From: an uncultured Candidatus Saccharibacteria bacterium
GTDB lineage: Bacteria; Patescibacteriota; Minisyncoccia; Phycocordibacterales; UBA918
Reading direction: 5' to 3'
DNA: 64,000 nt
Assembly (NCBI GenBank): GCA_964626635.1
Contig: CAZVFY010000004.1
Span: 530-64,529 of the forward strand
Shown here: piece by piece, positions 10,493-19,797 of the stretch
How the letters are laid out: each line of letters starts with the position of its first letter
Numbering within the stretch: the first letter of the stretch is position 1
Program-made: the position numbers and the translations under genes
The notes under the pieces: model-generated
What the model saw: only the letters and a program-made list of their open reading frames with translations
The model's database searches: none
What the model was told of the DNA's origin: nothing

Positions 10493-11209
10493 ATGACCAA
10501 ACTAGCTCTTTTCATTAGCAAGCCGGTTGGCTTGCTGCTGGCAGCGCTTTTGACGCTACCACTGGCCACGCAGGCCGCGACCATCAGCATCACCCCGTTC
10601 GACCCAGGCGCCTACACGGCCGCCGTCCAAGGCGGCGTGGTCGAGGATTTCGAGTCGTCGCCAACCGGCGTCTGGGATCCCAACATTGGGACCAGCGTCG
10701 GCACTTTCTCGCCGGTGGGCGGGGTTGGCACCGGCGCGGTCTGCCGCAAGTAGTCCGGCCGACCATGTACCGATCTCTTCCTCAGCGATACGCTGCGGCG
10801 AGGGCAAGGCAACGTCGTCCCCGACGGCGGCGCCAAGTCGCTATCGTCGAACGATACCCTGGGTATCGTCTGGGACGCCAGTCTGCTGAGCGGACAACGC
10901 TTCCGCGGTGTCGCGGTGGCGCTCAGTGATCCGGCCGATCAGGGTGCGCTCTTCACGGTCGCAACTGGCGGCTCGAGTGCAACGCTCGTGGGTCAGGCCA
11001 GCGGCAACCAGCATTTGGTGCTGGTGGACTTCGGACGACCGACGAGGAGTGCGACGATCATGTTCTCCAACAACGAGGTCAATGATGGCTTCACGCTCGA
11101 TGGTGCGACGCTGGTCGACGTGACGCCAGTGCCATTGCCGGCCAGTGCCGCGCTGCTGCTCGGCGCCATTGCCGGGCTGGGCGTCATGCGGAGCCGGAAG
11201 ACGGCGTAA
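10493..11209 (+). pseudogene. VPLPA-CTERM (PEP-CTERM-type) exported protein interrupted by an in-frame TAG at 10751-10753
   Basis: AAGGAGG SD, signal peptide (..LPLATQAA), both ORF halves in the same frame and open in between, C-terminus TPVPLPASAALLLGAIAGLGVMRSRKTA. Confidence 0.85.
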
Positions 11210-11313
11210 GTACCAATACCTGTGCTCGCCAATATGCGAACACTACCTGCCGGGATCCTTTATTGGCTCCCGGTTTTCTTTTTATAAATTACCAGTACGG
11301 TATACTGGTTCAT

Positions 11314-12510
11314 ATGAAAAAACAGCGAGCTTCAACGGCTAAAAAAACCAATAGTAGTGCCGCCACCAAACATCCAGATTACAACCACCTTGCGCTCGAG
11401 CTGCATCGCAGCTTACGTGGCAAGATTGAGGTCAAAGCTAAAGGTAAGCTAAAAACCAAAACCGACTGGAGCACTATGTACTCGCCAGGGGTCGGCGCAG
11501 TATCAAGGCATCTGGCCGACAAACCAGCCGACGCCGCTCGGTACACCGCACGCGGCAACACAGTCGCGGTCGTGTCCGACGGATCGGCGATTCTCGGCCT
11601 CGGGAATCTGGGGCCCACAGCCGCCTTACCCGTAATGGAGGGAAAGTGCGCGATTTTCAAGGCAATGGCAGACATCGACGCTTGGCCAATCGTGCTGGAT
11701 ACTCAGGAACCTGAAGAGATCATCGCCGCGGTCAAGGCGATCGCACCGAGCTTTGGTGGTATCAACCTAGAGGATATCGCGGCGCCCAAGTGCTTTGAGA
11801 TCGAGGAACGCCTCAAGGCCGAGCTAGGTATCCCGGTCATGCATGACGACCAGCATGGGACGGCGATCGTGGTGCTGGCTGGGCTAATCAATGCCGCCAA
11901 GGTCACCGGGCGTAAGCTCAAGCAAATGAAAGTAGTCATTGTTGGCGCGGGTGCGGCCGGGCGCGCGGTGGCGCTGATTCTTGAGACAGCCGGCTTGACG
12001 CAGGTCGTTGTGGTCGATAGCCAGGGCGCGATCGCTCGTGGGAGAGTGGGTATGAACGCCTACAAGCAACACCTCGCCGAGCACACGAACCCAGACGCCG
12101 TCACTGGCGACCTCGCGAGCGTACTGACCGGGGCCGACGCGGTGATCGGCGTCTCCGGGCCAGGCACCATTACTCCGGCACACGTTGCGTCCATGTGCCC
12201 AGACTCGATCGTCTTTGCTCTCGCCAATCCAGTACCCGAGATTATGCCCGTGGACGCGCAGGCCGCTGGCGCCGCCGTGGTCGGTACTGGCCGCAGTGAC
12301 TTGCCAAACCAGGTCAATAACTCGCTCGCGTTCCCGGGGGTGTTCCGCGGCGCGCTCGATCGCGGAGTAGGTGCAATCACCGATGATATGAAGGTAAAAG
12401 CCGCCAAGAAAATCGCCGCGCTTATTCCGAACCCAACCGCGCGTAACGTGATCCCGAGCAACAATGCGCCGGGCTTGGTCGAGGCAGTTGCGAGCGCGAT
12501 TCGCTTTTAG
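11314..12510 (+). CDS. NAD(P)-dependent malic enzyme
   Basis: YSPGVG, SDGSAILGLGNLG, PVMEGK, INLEDI, HDDQHGTA, GAGAAG, ALANPVPEI. Confidence 0.96.
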   Translation: MKKQRASTAKKTNSSAATKHPDYNHLALELHRSLRGKIEVKAKGKLKTKTDWSTMYSPGVGAVSRHLADKPADAARYTARGNTVAVVSDGSAILGLGNLGPTAALPVMEGKCAIFKAMADIDAWPIVLDTQEPEEIIAAVKAIAPSFGGINLEDIAAPKCFEIEERLKAELGIPVMHDDQHGTAIVVLAGLINAAKVTGRKLKQMKVVIVGAGAAGRAVALILETAGLTQVVVVDSQGAIARGRVGMNAYKQHLAEHTNPDAVTGDLASVLTGADAVIGVSGPGTITPAHVASMCPDSIVFALANPVPEIMPVDAQAAGAAVVGTGRSDLPNQVNNSLAFPGVFRGALDRGVGAITDDMKVKAAKKIAALIPNPTARNVIPSNNAPGLVEAVASAIRF

Positions 12511-12539
12511 CTTAGTAAGTAACTTTTACTACAAATTCC

Positions 12540-13118
12540 ATGATCATCATCTACGCCAACTATCACAAAGACGGGCACACTGGCGCGGCACTGGCCGCGA
12601 TCGAGCGCAGTCTGACCGAACGACAGCAGTCTTACGAAGTCTGGGACTTATTTGAGGCGGACTTTGACGTGCGGTACAACCCACATACGACTGACCAAAC
12701 TGATGACACGCATCGCGCCATTGATCCGCAGATCCGCTACTGGCAAGATCGCTTGGCCGAAGAAACTGACATTATCATCATCTACCCGACCTGGTGGATC
12801 AACGTACCGGCGGTTCTGAAGGGTTGGTACGACCGCGTACTGACGGCAAAGTTCGCGTTCCAATATAATTATAAGGGAATCCCCGAAGGACTGCTGACAG
12901 GCAAGCGCGCGTTCGTGGTGTCGACCGGCGGCGCACCGACCTGGTTGCACCGGTTTGGAAAAGGCTTTCGGTCACTGAAAGTCACCACGAGCGACACGCT
13001 TAATTTTTGTGGGATCAAAACCAAGACGTGCTTTATTGGATCGTGTACTCAAATTACCGATGAGAAGCGAAGTGTGATTGATGCGACTGTCAATCACGCA
13101 TTTAGGAAATGGTTGTAG
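12540..13118 (+). CDS. NAD(P)H-dependent oxidoreductase, flavodoxin-2 fold (MdaB/KefF-like)
   Basis: IYPTWWINVPAVLKGWYDRV, STGG. Confidence 0.92.
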   Translation: MIIIYANYHKDGHTGAALAAIERSLTERQQSYEVWDLFEADFDVRYNPHTTDQTDDTHRAIDPQIRYWQDRLAEETDIIIIYPTWWINVPAVLKGWYDRVLTAKFAFQYNYKGIPEGLLTGKRAFVVSTGGAPTWLHRFGKGFRSLKVTTSDTLNFCGIKTKTCFIGSCTQITDEKRSVIDATVNHAFRKWL

Positions 13119-13625
13119 CGGTTGGCTGTTCTCTTGGTGTACGCCACACTCGCGGGAACAAAATGTAACCCCCACGCATACCGTATGGGTAGGTGTGGGG
13201 GTCGGGCTACGTCGCTGACGTAGTATGCGCGTGATGATCCAGGTTGGCCTGCCATCGTCCGGCCGTGCGCCGGAACCATTCTTGATGCCTCTCATCAGCG
13301 CAGGTATATCCGGTCGCACGTGGTCGATCGCAGCCTGGCTTAACGCAGGCTTCTCGCTGTTGTGGATCATTGCCGTAGTAGCACATTGGCTGACTGCTCC
13401 TCTCACTGTCCGTCACTAGCATAAAACGCTGGCGTAAGTTTTGGCAAGGGGGATACAGTGTGTTACTCTTGCAAGCACAAATTTGCAGGGGCAGAGTCCG
13501 CCCTGTCCTTGTAATTTGGAGAGTTGCTACGCTCAAAAAGCTGCCGCAATGCTCCCAGCGCGGGCTCGGTTTGAGTCTGCAGGATGTTTGGGTATACTGC
13601 GAGCGTTGGAATGATATAGAATATT

Positions 13626-13712
13626 GGAGAGTTGGCTGAGCGGTCGAAAGCGCATCCCTGCTAAGGATGTAGGGGAGCAATCCCCTCGAGGGTTCGAATC
13701 CCTCACTCTCCG
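13626..13712 (+). tRNA. tRNA-Ser (anticodon GCT)
   Basis: GGAGAGT/ACTCTCC acceptor stem, CATCC-CTGCTAA-GGATG anticodon arm, long variable arm GGGGA-GCAA-TCCCC, G73. Confidence 0.96.
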
Positions 13713-13772
13713 CACCGAATACTGGTTATCGGCAGACCCGTAGGCTCTTATTTAGAGCCATATAAAATTGCC

Positions 13773-13813
13773 GTTCGAATCCCTTAGAGGTGTCACCTCT
13801 AAGGGATTCGAAC
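13773..13813. repeat. perfect 20-bp inverted repeat built from tRNA T-arm-like sequence
   Basis: GTTCGAATCCCTTAGAGGTG-T-CACCTCTAAGGGATTCGAAC. Confidence 0.85.
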
Positions 13814-13817
13814 TTTT

Positions 13818-13854
13818 ATACAAAAACAGCTCCTGCAAGGAGCTGTTTTTGTAT
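13818..13854. terminator. bidirectional intrinsic terminator
   Basis: ATACAAAAACAGCTCCT-GCA-AGGAGCTGTTTTTGTAT between the convergent tRNA-Ser and oxidase genes. Confidence 0.85.
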
Positions 13855-13864
13855 TTCTATAATG

Positions 13865-15520
13865 TTACTTCACTTCAAAGTTGAACATCATGCCTGCGTC
13901 TAAATGCTCAGCTATATGACAATGTGCCATCCATGTACCAGGGTTACTCATCTCGATCAAGATGTCGTACGTTGCACCTTCAGGAATCAAGACGGAATCC
14001 TTCCACTGCATGTTCTCATTTAGTTCTCCATCCTTGGCCAAAACAACAAACTTTTGTCCATGGAAATGGATCGGGTGTTGCATAGGGTGCGTTCCTTCAT
14101 CGTCATTGAAGATGCGTACTTTTACCAAGTCTCCTTGATTGAATGACCATCGAATATTTCGATTTCGTTTTTCAGAATCGGTATCCCAAATCTCCCAACG
14201 AATAGTCTCGTCGGTACTCATCCGATTCATCATACCCATATCATCTTCCCACTCAATGCCGTCTTCGCCATGTTCTGCTTCCTCGTCTCCTTCATCAAGA
14301 TACGGTTCACAGCCAGCCATCTCAGGCATCATCTTGCAGTGTTCACGCATCATGTCATCGTCGTTATTTTCTCCCATCATCCCCATGCCTGAACCACCGC
14401 TATTCATGTCATTCATCATTTCACCCATCATGCCCTCCATCTCAATATCCAAACGAAGGTTTTTATCAGGTGCTTTAGCTAGCAGTGTTGCCGCTTGATT
14501 ACGGACGTCAGCGTAATCGGAAGCGTTGCTACGTAAGACCTCAAACTCAACTAGACGATTTGCGTCAGATGGCTCAACGGTCACTGAACCAATCTCCTGG
14601 CCTCGGTGCATGATTGGATACGTGCCTGGTGTATCGTAATACAGTTCGATAACGTATCGCTCTGAAGTACCAATAATTTGATGGTCAATCATTTCTTCTT
14701 TTTCAATCCGTCCTGTATCACCTCCAACTAACTTCATCTGTGCTCCTTCAAACTCTAGTTTGAATGTCCGCGTGCTTGCTACATTCGTGATAAACGTTCG
14801 TGTAATTTCTCCTTGATTAACGGTCAGGTTGTAGTTCTCAGTGTCGTTGATCAGGAGTCGGTCACCAAAGCGTCCCATGAGCGCGTGTGTGACCACCTCA
14901 CGACTGTATTCACCATCTTCGAGGATATCATCGACAATAATATACTCCTCTTGATCTACTTCATTCCAGTAGCCATCTTCGGTAACGATAAAGTTTCCAT
15001 AGAGACCCATATCTTGTTGGTAGTCTTCCCGGACGTGTGGGTGGTACCAGAAGACACCTGTATCAGGGAATTCAAGCTGGTAGCTAAAGGTCTCACCAAC
15101 TTCGACTGCCGGAGTAATCGGTACGGCACCATCCATCTTCCAGTCACCACGCAAGCCGTGAGAATGGAGTGCTGTTTCCATGTCGATGTTGTTAGTAAAG
15201 TTCACCGTTACCTCAGAACCTTTTTCTACCTTAAGAATCGGACCAGGAATCTGACCATTGTATGCCAGTCGCTTCACTGTTCTGTTGCCAACTTCCTGAG
15301 TGACAATAGTCGCTTCCATATCGAATACGTCGCCATCTTTGAGTTCAATAACTTCAGTTGGTTTAACTGACTCCAGTTCGTGCTCTGGAAGCTTTGAAAG
15401 ATCATCCGATCCAAAGTTTGTTAGTGCGTTTTGAAACGCTGGTATTTGGTTGTTACTTTGGAAAAACCAAATACCTCCGATAATGAGCGCTAATGCTCCA
15501 ATTGAAAATATGTATTTCAT
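13865..15520 (-). CDS. multicopper oxidase (CueO/CopA-like) with Met-rich insert
   Basis: Cu motifs LHSHG, WYHPH, HPIHFHG, HCHIAEHLDAGM; N-terminal anchor. Confidence 0.95.
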   Translation of the reverse strand: MKYIFSIGALALIIGGIWFFQSNNQIPAFQNALTNFGSDDLSKLPEHELESVKPTEVIELKDGDVFDMEATIVTQEVGNRTVKRLAYNGQIPGPILKVEKGSEVTVNFTNNIDMETALHSHGLRGDWKMDGAVPITPAVEVGETFSYQLEFPDTGVFWYHPHVREDYQQDMGLYGNFIVTEDGYWNEVDQEEYIIVDDILEDGEYSREVVTHALMGRFGDRLLINDTENYNLTVNQGEITRTFITNVASTRTFKLEFEGAQMKLVGGDTGRIEKEEMIDHQIIGTSERYVIELYYDTPGTYPIMHRGQEIGSVTVEPSDANRLVEFEVLRSNASDYADVRNQAATLLAKAPDKNLRLDIEMEGMMGEMMNDMNSGGSGMGMMGENNDDDMMREHCKMMPEMAGCEPYLDEGDEEAEHGEDGIEWEDDMGMMNRMSTDETIRWEIWDTDSEKRNRNIRWSFNQGDLVKVRIFNDDEGTHPMQHPIHFHGQKFVVLAKDGELNENMQWKDSVLIPEGATYDILIEMSNPGTWMAHCHIAEHLDAGMMFNFEVK

Positions 15521-15556
15521 GTGTTTTATAGTTTGCTAGTAATAGGTAAGCGTGAA

Positions 15557-15946
15557 CTAAAATAGTTTGGGATGAAGTATGCCTTTTGAAAACAGTTCTT
15601 GTAGCGGTCTGTAAGAAAAGGTATACGTTCTTTCAGGCGGATAACAATATTGTTTACAAAGAATGCGTTTAGATATACGGAGTACATTGGGAGCAACGGT
15701 CACCGCTGTGGCCAGTAGCCCCGCAGCTGCCAGGAATAAAGTTATCGTTGGTGCCACAGCAAGAAATACTGATTTCCATGCTCCAATATGATCTGCCAAG
15801 TTCATCGGGCAGATGACTTCATCGTGAGACATGAAAGGACAGTCAGTCATGCCCATCGACATATCCATATTTGCTGACATATGGAACAAGCTCACAAACA
15901 TCGTTCCGAGAATAAACAGTAAAATTGTGGCTGACAATATTTTCAT
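15557..15946 (-). CDS. membrane protein, Met/Cys/His-rich, probable metal-resistance accessory
   Basis: TM, MDMSMGMTDCPFMSHDEVICPM, second TM; directly upstream of the oxidase. Confidence 0.7.
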   Translation of the reverse strand: MKILSATILLFILGTMFVSLFHMSANMDMSMGMTDCPFMSHDEVICPMNLADHIGAWKSVFLAVAPTITLFLAAAGLLATAVTVAPNVLRISKRILCKQYCYPPERTYTFSYRPLQELFSKGILHPKLF

Positions 15947-16014
15947 GTGATGTTGAGTATACCAAAATATCCTTGACCCCTCAGCTCACAGTATCGGGTG
16001 ACCCGGAGCGGTGA

Positions 16015-16083
16015 GAATCCCTTAGCACCCGCAGCGAATATCCGTTATCGGATAGACCCATACACCTTTATTTTAGGCCATAT
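16015..16083 (+). repeat. degenerate direct copy of the tRNA-Ser 3' end plus downstream sequence (13696-13763)
   Basis: GAATCCCTtagcacCCGCAgCGAATAtccGTTATCGG..AGACCC.TA...GCCATAT aligns with the sequence following the tRNA T loop; TAAGGGATTCGAAC at 16121-16134. Confidence 0.7.
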
Positions 16084-16172
16084 TTTCTCTGTAGCAGTTT
16101 TCGCCTAGTCTGGACCCCAGTAAGGGATTCGAACCGCACACGGCTCAATGTAGCCGTTTGATCAGTTTTGGC

Positions 16173-16649
16173 TTATTTAGCTATAAATTCATTCAGTAGC
16201 TCTAGATACTGAATCTGTGTTTTAGCGGGTATCTTTGGATGTTTAAAAGATCTTATCTCACCCTTGCTCGCAATCACATCTTCCACGGTATCAAAATAGA
16301 AACCTTCTGGTGAAGCAATAAATAAGGCCGCTCGTTTCCATGATTTTTGTATCGCCTTGGCTGCCTGCAGAACACGACTCTTAGTCACTTTGTTCATATA
16401 TTTCACCTCAATTAGATGTACTTCTTTAGACTTGTGATTGATGATAGTAAAGTCTGGTGCTCGCTTAATGATCTCCATCGTTTCAGCTGTAGCAGGACTT
16501 TTTGGGTGCATCTGTGCCAATGATGGCAAGGTCTTCTCGTAGCCAAATTCTAAGATGGTGTACGCATCAGTACTGCGAATCATCTGAGCAAAGATAAGCT
16601 CGGCAATTTTGCCTTTAATCAGTTCGTGGGTGAAGTGGATGTTATTCAT
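16173..16649 (-). CDS. PD-(D/E)XK nuclease-family protein
   Basis: KGKIAE helix, APDF...LIEVK. Confidence 0.75.
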   Translation of the reverse strand: MNNIHFTHELIKGKIAELIFAQMIRSTDAYTILEFGYEKTLPSLAQMHPKSPATAETMEIIKRAPDFTIINHKSKEVHLIEVKYMNKVTKSRVLQAAKAIQKSWKRAALFIASPEGFYFDTVEDVIASKGEIRSFKHPKIPAKTQIQYLELLNEFIAK

Positions 16650-16722
16650 GGGTTTTATTATAAACCAGTTTGTATAGGCTAAATAAGCAACGTGAGCGTT
16701 TATTTAACTAATTCTATACAAC

Positions 16723-17772
16723 ATGAACGTAACAACACTAATGGTTGGCTATGAACCGTCAGCTTTAGAGACTCTCAAGGGTGCACAACTAACACGGCAT
16801 CAATACTTTCAAGATACCCTCGCTCGATATAATTTTGGCGAGGTTTTGTTTTTGTCTGAAAACGAGAGTAAAGAACAGATTACTTCAATCAACCCACTGC
16901 TCGTATTTGTCACCCATGATACGATCGCTCGGGAACTAAAAGAAATCAAATCTGATTACTTACTCTACGTTATTCCTAACTACAATCAGATCTTTGCTCG
17001 AAAAGCTGAAGTCAAAGAAAAGAAAGAGAAATTGAACAAGATATTCACTGAAGCAGAGGGTGTTATCGCAGAAGTCTTAAGTGGCGAAAAGGAAGATAAA
17101 GACCTGCGTCACTTTGCTTCACTTAGTTACAAAGATATGTACGACATGATTACCAAAGCCTTGATCAGTGATGATGAAGATTTAAAGAAAAATGCTTGGG
17201 ACTTGCTCTGGGATAATAGTCCTAAACACAGTAATCTCATATGGATGCGAGTGCAGATGATGGCTGATTGTTGGCAACACTCTAAAGGAGAATCTTTAGA
17301 GCAACTGATGTTAATGTCCATGGAGTGTCACCTTGAAATGGATCTTGTGAGACAAATGGATGATTTCATTGATGCCGATGGAAATCAGTATCACCAGTAC
17401 ATGTTTCTTGATCCCTATGGTCGTGACGTGAATCACATCAGACGTCTACCCTATGCCCATAAAAACGAAGACAGATATGCCTATGAAGCCAGACTAGAGA
17501 AGAGTGAAATACCCACTAATTTTTTACGGGTACAGTTGGAAGCTAATCAGTATCGACAACAGTGTGACGAATATTTGGAAGCTGAGTGTGAAAAAATTCA
17601 AGTGATACTTGATAGCTACGAAAAGAACCCAAAATCGAGCAAGTCTGAACTTGGCATTACGACACATAATGATGACCAAGATAAAAAGCCTTTAAGTAAA
17701 AAAGAAGTTACAATGTTAAAACAAATGCAAAAAGAGAATAAAAACCTAATGTATAAAAATGAGCACGTTTAG
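16723..17772 (+). CDS. hypothetical protein (349 aa)
   Basis: long ORF overlapping the next gene start by 14 nt; no motif recognised. Confidence 0.8.
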   Translation: MNVTTLMVGYEPSALETLKGAQLTRHQYFQDTLARYNFGEVLFLSENESKEQITSINPLLVFVTHDTIARELKEIKSDYLLYVIPNYNQIFARKAEVKEKKEKLNKIFTEAEGVIAEVLSGEKEDKDLRHFASLSYKDMYDMITKALISDDEDLKKNAWDLLWDNSPKHSNLIWMRVQMMADCWQHSKGESLEQLMLMSMECHLEMDLVRQMDDFIDADGNQYHQYMFLDPYGRDVNHIRRLPYAHKNEDRYAYEARLEKSEIPTNFLRVQLEANQYRQQCDEYLEAECEKIQVILDSYEKNPKSSKSELGITTHNDDQDKKPLSKKEVTMLKQMQKENKNLMYKNEHV

Positions 17773-18301
17773 TATCCCGTTTCCTGAGTATGATATTGCT
17801 GACATACTTCAGAAAAAGTTTCCCAAAAAAGAGAACTTTTCAGTTGCGATACCAATGAGCCGACAACAGAAGTTTTATGACTTGCTGTTGGTTAAAGGTG
17901 AAAATAAACGATCTGTGACAATTCAAGTTAAGAGCTCAAGAACATGGCTGGCAAATGATAAAGATGATTTTCAGTTTGCTTCATGGCTGAATCACTTTGA
18001 TATCAAGAATAACTATAGTGATTTCTATTTCATCTACATGACACATCCAGTGTTTGATGAAAACTTTAAACCGAAGGCAAAGTGGGATCGAAAAATTCTT
18101 GTCTTTAATCAAAAAGAAATGATCAAGATTTTAGACAGTGTAAAAACTAAATCTGGTAAACCGGAAAAGTTTTTCTCTTTTGGGTTTAATGCTGACGGCA
18201 AAATGATTACTGGCGAAAGAGGTTTTTCACACTTACCGAAGAAAAACTTCGCAAAGAACTTATTGGAAAACAAGCTTGATGAAATTCAGAAGAAGTTTTA
18301 A
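17759..18301 (+). CDS. PD-(D/E)XK-like nuclease
   Basis: YDLLL...TIQVKSSR, DFYFI. Confidence 0.75.
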   Translation: MSTFSIPFPEYDIADILQKKFPKKENFSVAIPMSRQQKFYDLLLVKGENKRSVTIQVKSSRTWLANDKDDFQFASWLNHFDIKNNYSDFYFIYMTHPVFDENFKPKAKWDRKILVFNQKEMIKILDSVKTKSGKPEKFFSFGFNADGKMITGERGFSHLPKKNFAKNLLENKLDEIQKKF

Positions 18302-18328
18302 GTATCAGTAAGTGGTAAAATTTAAGTT

Positions 18329-18730
18329 ATGAAATGGCTAAAAAATAATAGTGTAGAGATTGTACTGTTCCTTGGACTCACACCTTTCCTCATAAATTTT
18401 TTCGGATATCAAGGAGAGGATGAATATGTGATGTCGATCCCAATTCTTGTCCTCGGTCTGATCATGCTTTACAAACGTCATTTTCGTTCGCGTCAAAGAT
18501 ATTCTGACGCCAGCCTCTTTGCTTCAGATTTTGACGATGATGACGACATGTATGAAGATGCAAAGGATGCTGTTATTGAAGCTGGGAAAGCTTCTACGTC
18601 GTTTCTACAACGAAAACTACGCATCGGTTACTCTCGTTCAGCACGTTTGATGGACTTGCTTGAAGAAAATGAAGTGATTGGTCCTGCAAATGGTTCAGAA
18701 CCACGAGAAATACTCCAGAAAGAACATTGA
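18329..18730 (+). CDS. 2-TM protein with a C-terminal FtsK gamma (winged-helix) domain and no motor domain
   Basis: KASTSFLQRKLRIGYSRSARLMDLLEENEVIGPANGSEPREIL. Confidence 0.9.
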   Translation: MKWLKNNSVEIVLFLGLTPFLINFFGYQGEDEYVMSIPILVLGLIMLYKRHFRSRQRYSDASLFASDFDDDDDMYEDAKDAVIEAGKASTSFLQRKLRIGYSRSARLMDLLEENEVIGPANGSEPREILQKEH

Positions 18731-18748
18731 TCTGCTAGATAAGATTAT

Positions 18749-18786
18749 TACAAAACAGTCACTGATTAATCAGTGACTGTTTTGTA
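18749..18786. terminator. perfect 38-bp palindrome, probable terminator
   Basis: TACAAAACAGTCACTGATT-AATCAGTGACTGTTTTGTA. Confidence 0.75.
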
Positions 18787-18797
18787 TACTAATAGTT

Positions 18798-19109
18798 ATG
18801 AATGATATAAAAACTGCTCGATCTGAGCTCACTAAACTCATCAGTGAACGCTACTCAATTAAAGCGACCATCGACTTGTATCAAGTGGAAAATTTAACCA
18901 AGCGAGAAAAAGAGATTCTTCAATATGGTTTTGAAGAAGGGGCGAAGTGCGAGCTATTAGTGTTACTTTATAGCTTACTTGAAGGAGGAAAAGATGGTAC
19001 AAAGTTTATTGCCGATCGTGTTGTGCACAAAGTTGACGAGCTCAAGGTTTTAATTGAAGACCCAGACTATATTGAATTAGCCGAGTATCTCCGATCACTT
19101 CGTAAATAA
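18798..19109 (+). CDS. hypothetical protein (103 aa)
   Basis: ORF with TATACT 7 nt upstream of the ATG. Confidence 0.7.
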   Translation: MNDIKTARSELTKLISERYSIKATIDLYQVENLTKREKEILQYGFEEGAKCELLVLLYSLLEGGKDGTKFIADRVVHKVDELKVLIEDPDYIELAEYLRSLRK

Positions 19110-19129
19110 TATTACTCCTAAGAAGTAAT

Positions 19130-19795
19130 TTGAATATTAAGTGTTACTATTTATCAGTAATGTTTAGAAAACAACATAAAGGAGGTCACGTAATAGAATT
19201 TGAGATCTCATTCAACCTAACAGCAATCGGCGACTGGATTAAAGCTGGCGCGAATATCGAACAGCTCGGTCAAAAAGCACCAAATTGGTATCGTTCAGAC
19301 GATGGGGATACTCTGTACCCTGAGCTTAACTCGTATCGTATTGATGTTGTACCTTATGCAGAAGGTTTTGATGCGTACTATCACCGCAGAGCTAATCAGC
19401 TATCTAACAATATCAGTGGAACAGACTATCTCAGAAATGCAGACAATGAAATTGCTAGATATTGTGAACGACACGGTATTAAAAGCTTTCGCTGGGAAAC
19501 TTGGAACCAGTACATCACTGCCACAGTAAACGAAGAGTTTTTTGTGATGATGGTACCGATATACAAGTTTATTGAGTTACAAACCAATGGAAAGCTAAGT
19601 AATGATAGTTTTGTTGGAACTCGCATTGATACTGAGCAAATTAAGGTGGATGTTCCACTTGCACTCAATGATGATGGTACCGCTAAAAAGACCATGCCAG
19701 TCTGGCATGGTACTGCATCACCGAAATCTATCGGATATATGAACGAGCTAGTCTCAATCTCTGGACATACGTTAAATTTTGAGGTTGAGTACTAG
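19130..19795 (+). CDS. hypothetical protein ending 2 nt before the zorB-like gene (likely start ATG 19160)
   Basis: open frame, tightly coupled to the downstream operon. Confidence 0.75.
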   Translation: MNIKCYYLSVMFRKQHKGGHVIEFEISFNLTAIGDWIKAGANIEQLGQKAPNWYRSDDGDTLYPELNSYRIDVVPYAEGFDAYYHRRANQLSNNISGTDYLRNADNEIARYCERHGIKSFRWETWNQYITATVNEEFFVMMVPIYKFIELQTNGKLSNDSFVGTRIDTEQIKVDVPLALNDDGTAKKTMPVWHGTASPKSIGYMNELVSISGHTLNFEVEY

Positions 19796-19797
19796 TT

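Noticed and set aside
13119-13419. 64-aa ORF 13225-13419 as a gene or membrane-protein remnant
   Set aside because: It has a hydrophobic C-terminus but no family or start signal that I can support.
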